Of a DNA stretch of 64,000 bases, positions 63,728-64,000 are shown piece by piece. Below the pieces are notes generated by a model. That model was not told where the DNA came from, did no database searches, and saw only the letters and a list, made by a program, of their open reading frames with translations. Position 1 is the first letter of the stretch. Each line of letters begins with the position of its first letter. The translations under genes and the position numbers were made by a program. The stretch is from a virus: the IMG/VR virus record IMGVR_UViG_3300025732_000018, one strand, 5' to 3'.

Positions 63728-64000
63728 TGCCAGAGACAACCCCGCAGAACGTGAAGAACATACCAGGCAAGGCCTCGGTCTTCGGACAGGGCTCGGGTGT
63801 CATGCGCGCGCTGGACCTCTTCCTAGTCTACCAGTTCTTAAAGAGACTTCTCCTTCCGTTCGACAAGTGGCCGGCGTACCAGGCTGGAATCATCGACGCC
63901 GACGGCAAGGTCCTCAGGAAGAGGAACACTCTCTCCGGGCCAGAGAGAGGCGTCTGGGGTCTCTTCGACGTCATGACCGCTAACATCAAGAAGCTGATCA
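63727..64000 (+). CDS. conserved T4-like hypothetical protein, truncated by the window edge
   Basis: YQFLKRL--PFDKWPAY-AGIID-DG. Confidence 0.7.
   Translation, partial: MPETTPQNVKNIPGKASVFGQGSGVMRALDLFLVYQFLKRLLLPFDKWPAYQAGIIDADGKVLRKRNTLSGPERGVWGLFDVMTANIKKLI

Overview
64 kb of a T4-like (myovirus) phage genome, nearly all on the + strand. Host-type genes suggest an alphaproteobacterial, probably Rhizobiales, host: an Omp25/RopB-like porin, a DUF1127 protein, a ROSE-preceded Hsp20, a tRNA-His with A73 and no G-1, and a CtrA-like box. Order: head genes (gp21, gp22, gp23); a small leftward early island with 2 tRNAs; gp3-uvsY-uvsW-gp55-gp47-gp46; an AT-richer A-B-B'-A' cassette of two asparagine-synthetase-like PP-loop ATPases, two paralogous unknowns and a cupin; a cytosine hypermodification locus (DenB-like nuclease, two MazG-like enzymes, gp42-like dCMP hydroxymethylase, GalE, GT-B, UDP-galactopyranose mutase, atypical C5-MTase, GT-A); the replication core (gp45, gp44, gp62, regA, gp43, uvsX, gp41); a 28-bp tandem array; early genes with duplicated promoter cassettes; a large tRNA region (29 tRNAs in the window) with structured non-coding stretches; a second glycosylation cluster; speD; thyX; and late/virion genes. 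The two most interesting candidates are (1) a leader-peptide/antiterminator/terminator attenuator directly upstream of the main tRNA array, whose codons sample 17 amino acids, and (2) a GalE-Glf-glycosyltransferase route that predicts a furanosyl-sugar (galactofuranosyl?) modified cytosine. All family assignments come from motif recognition by eye; no database searches were run.
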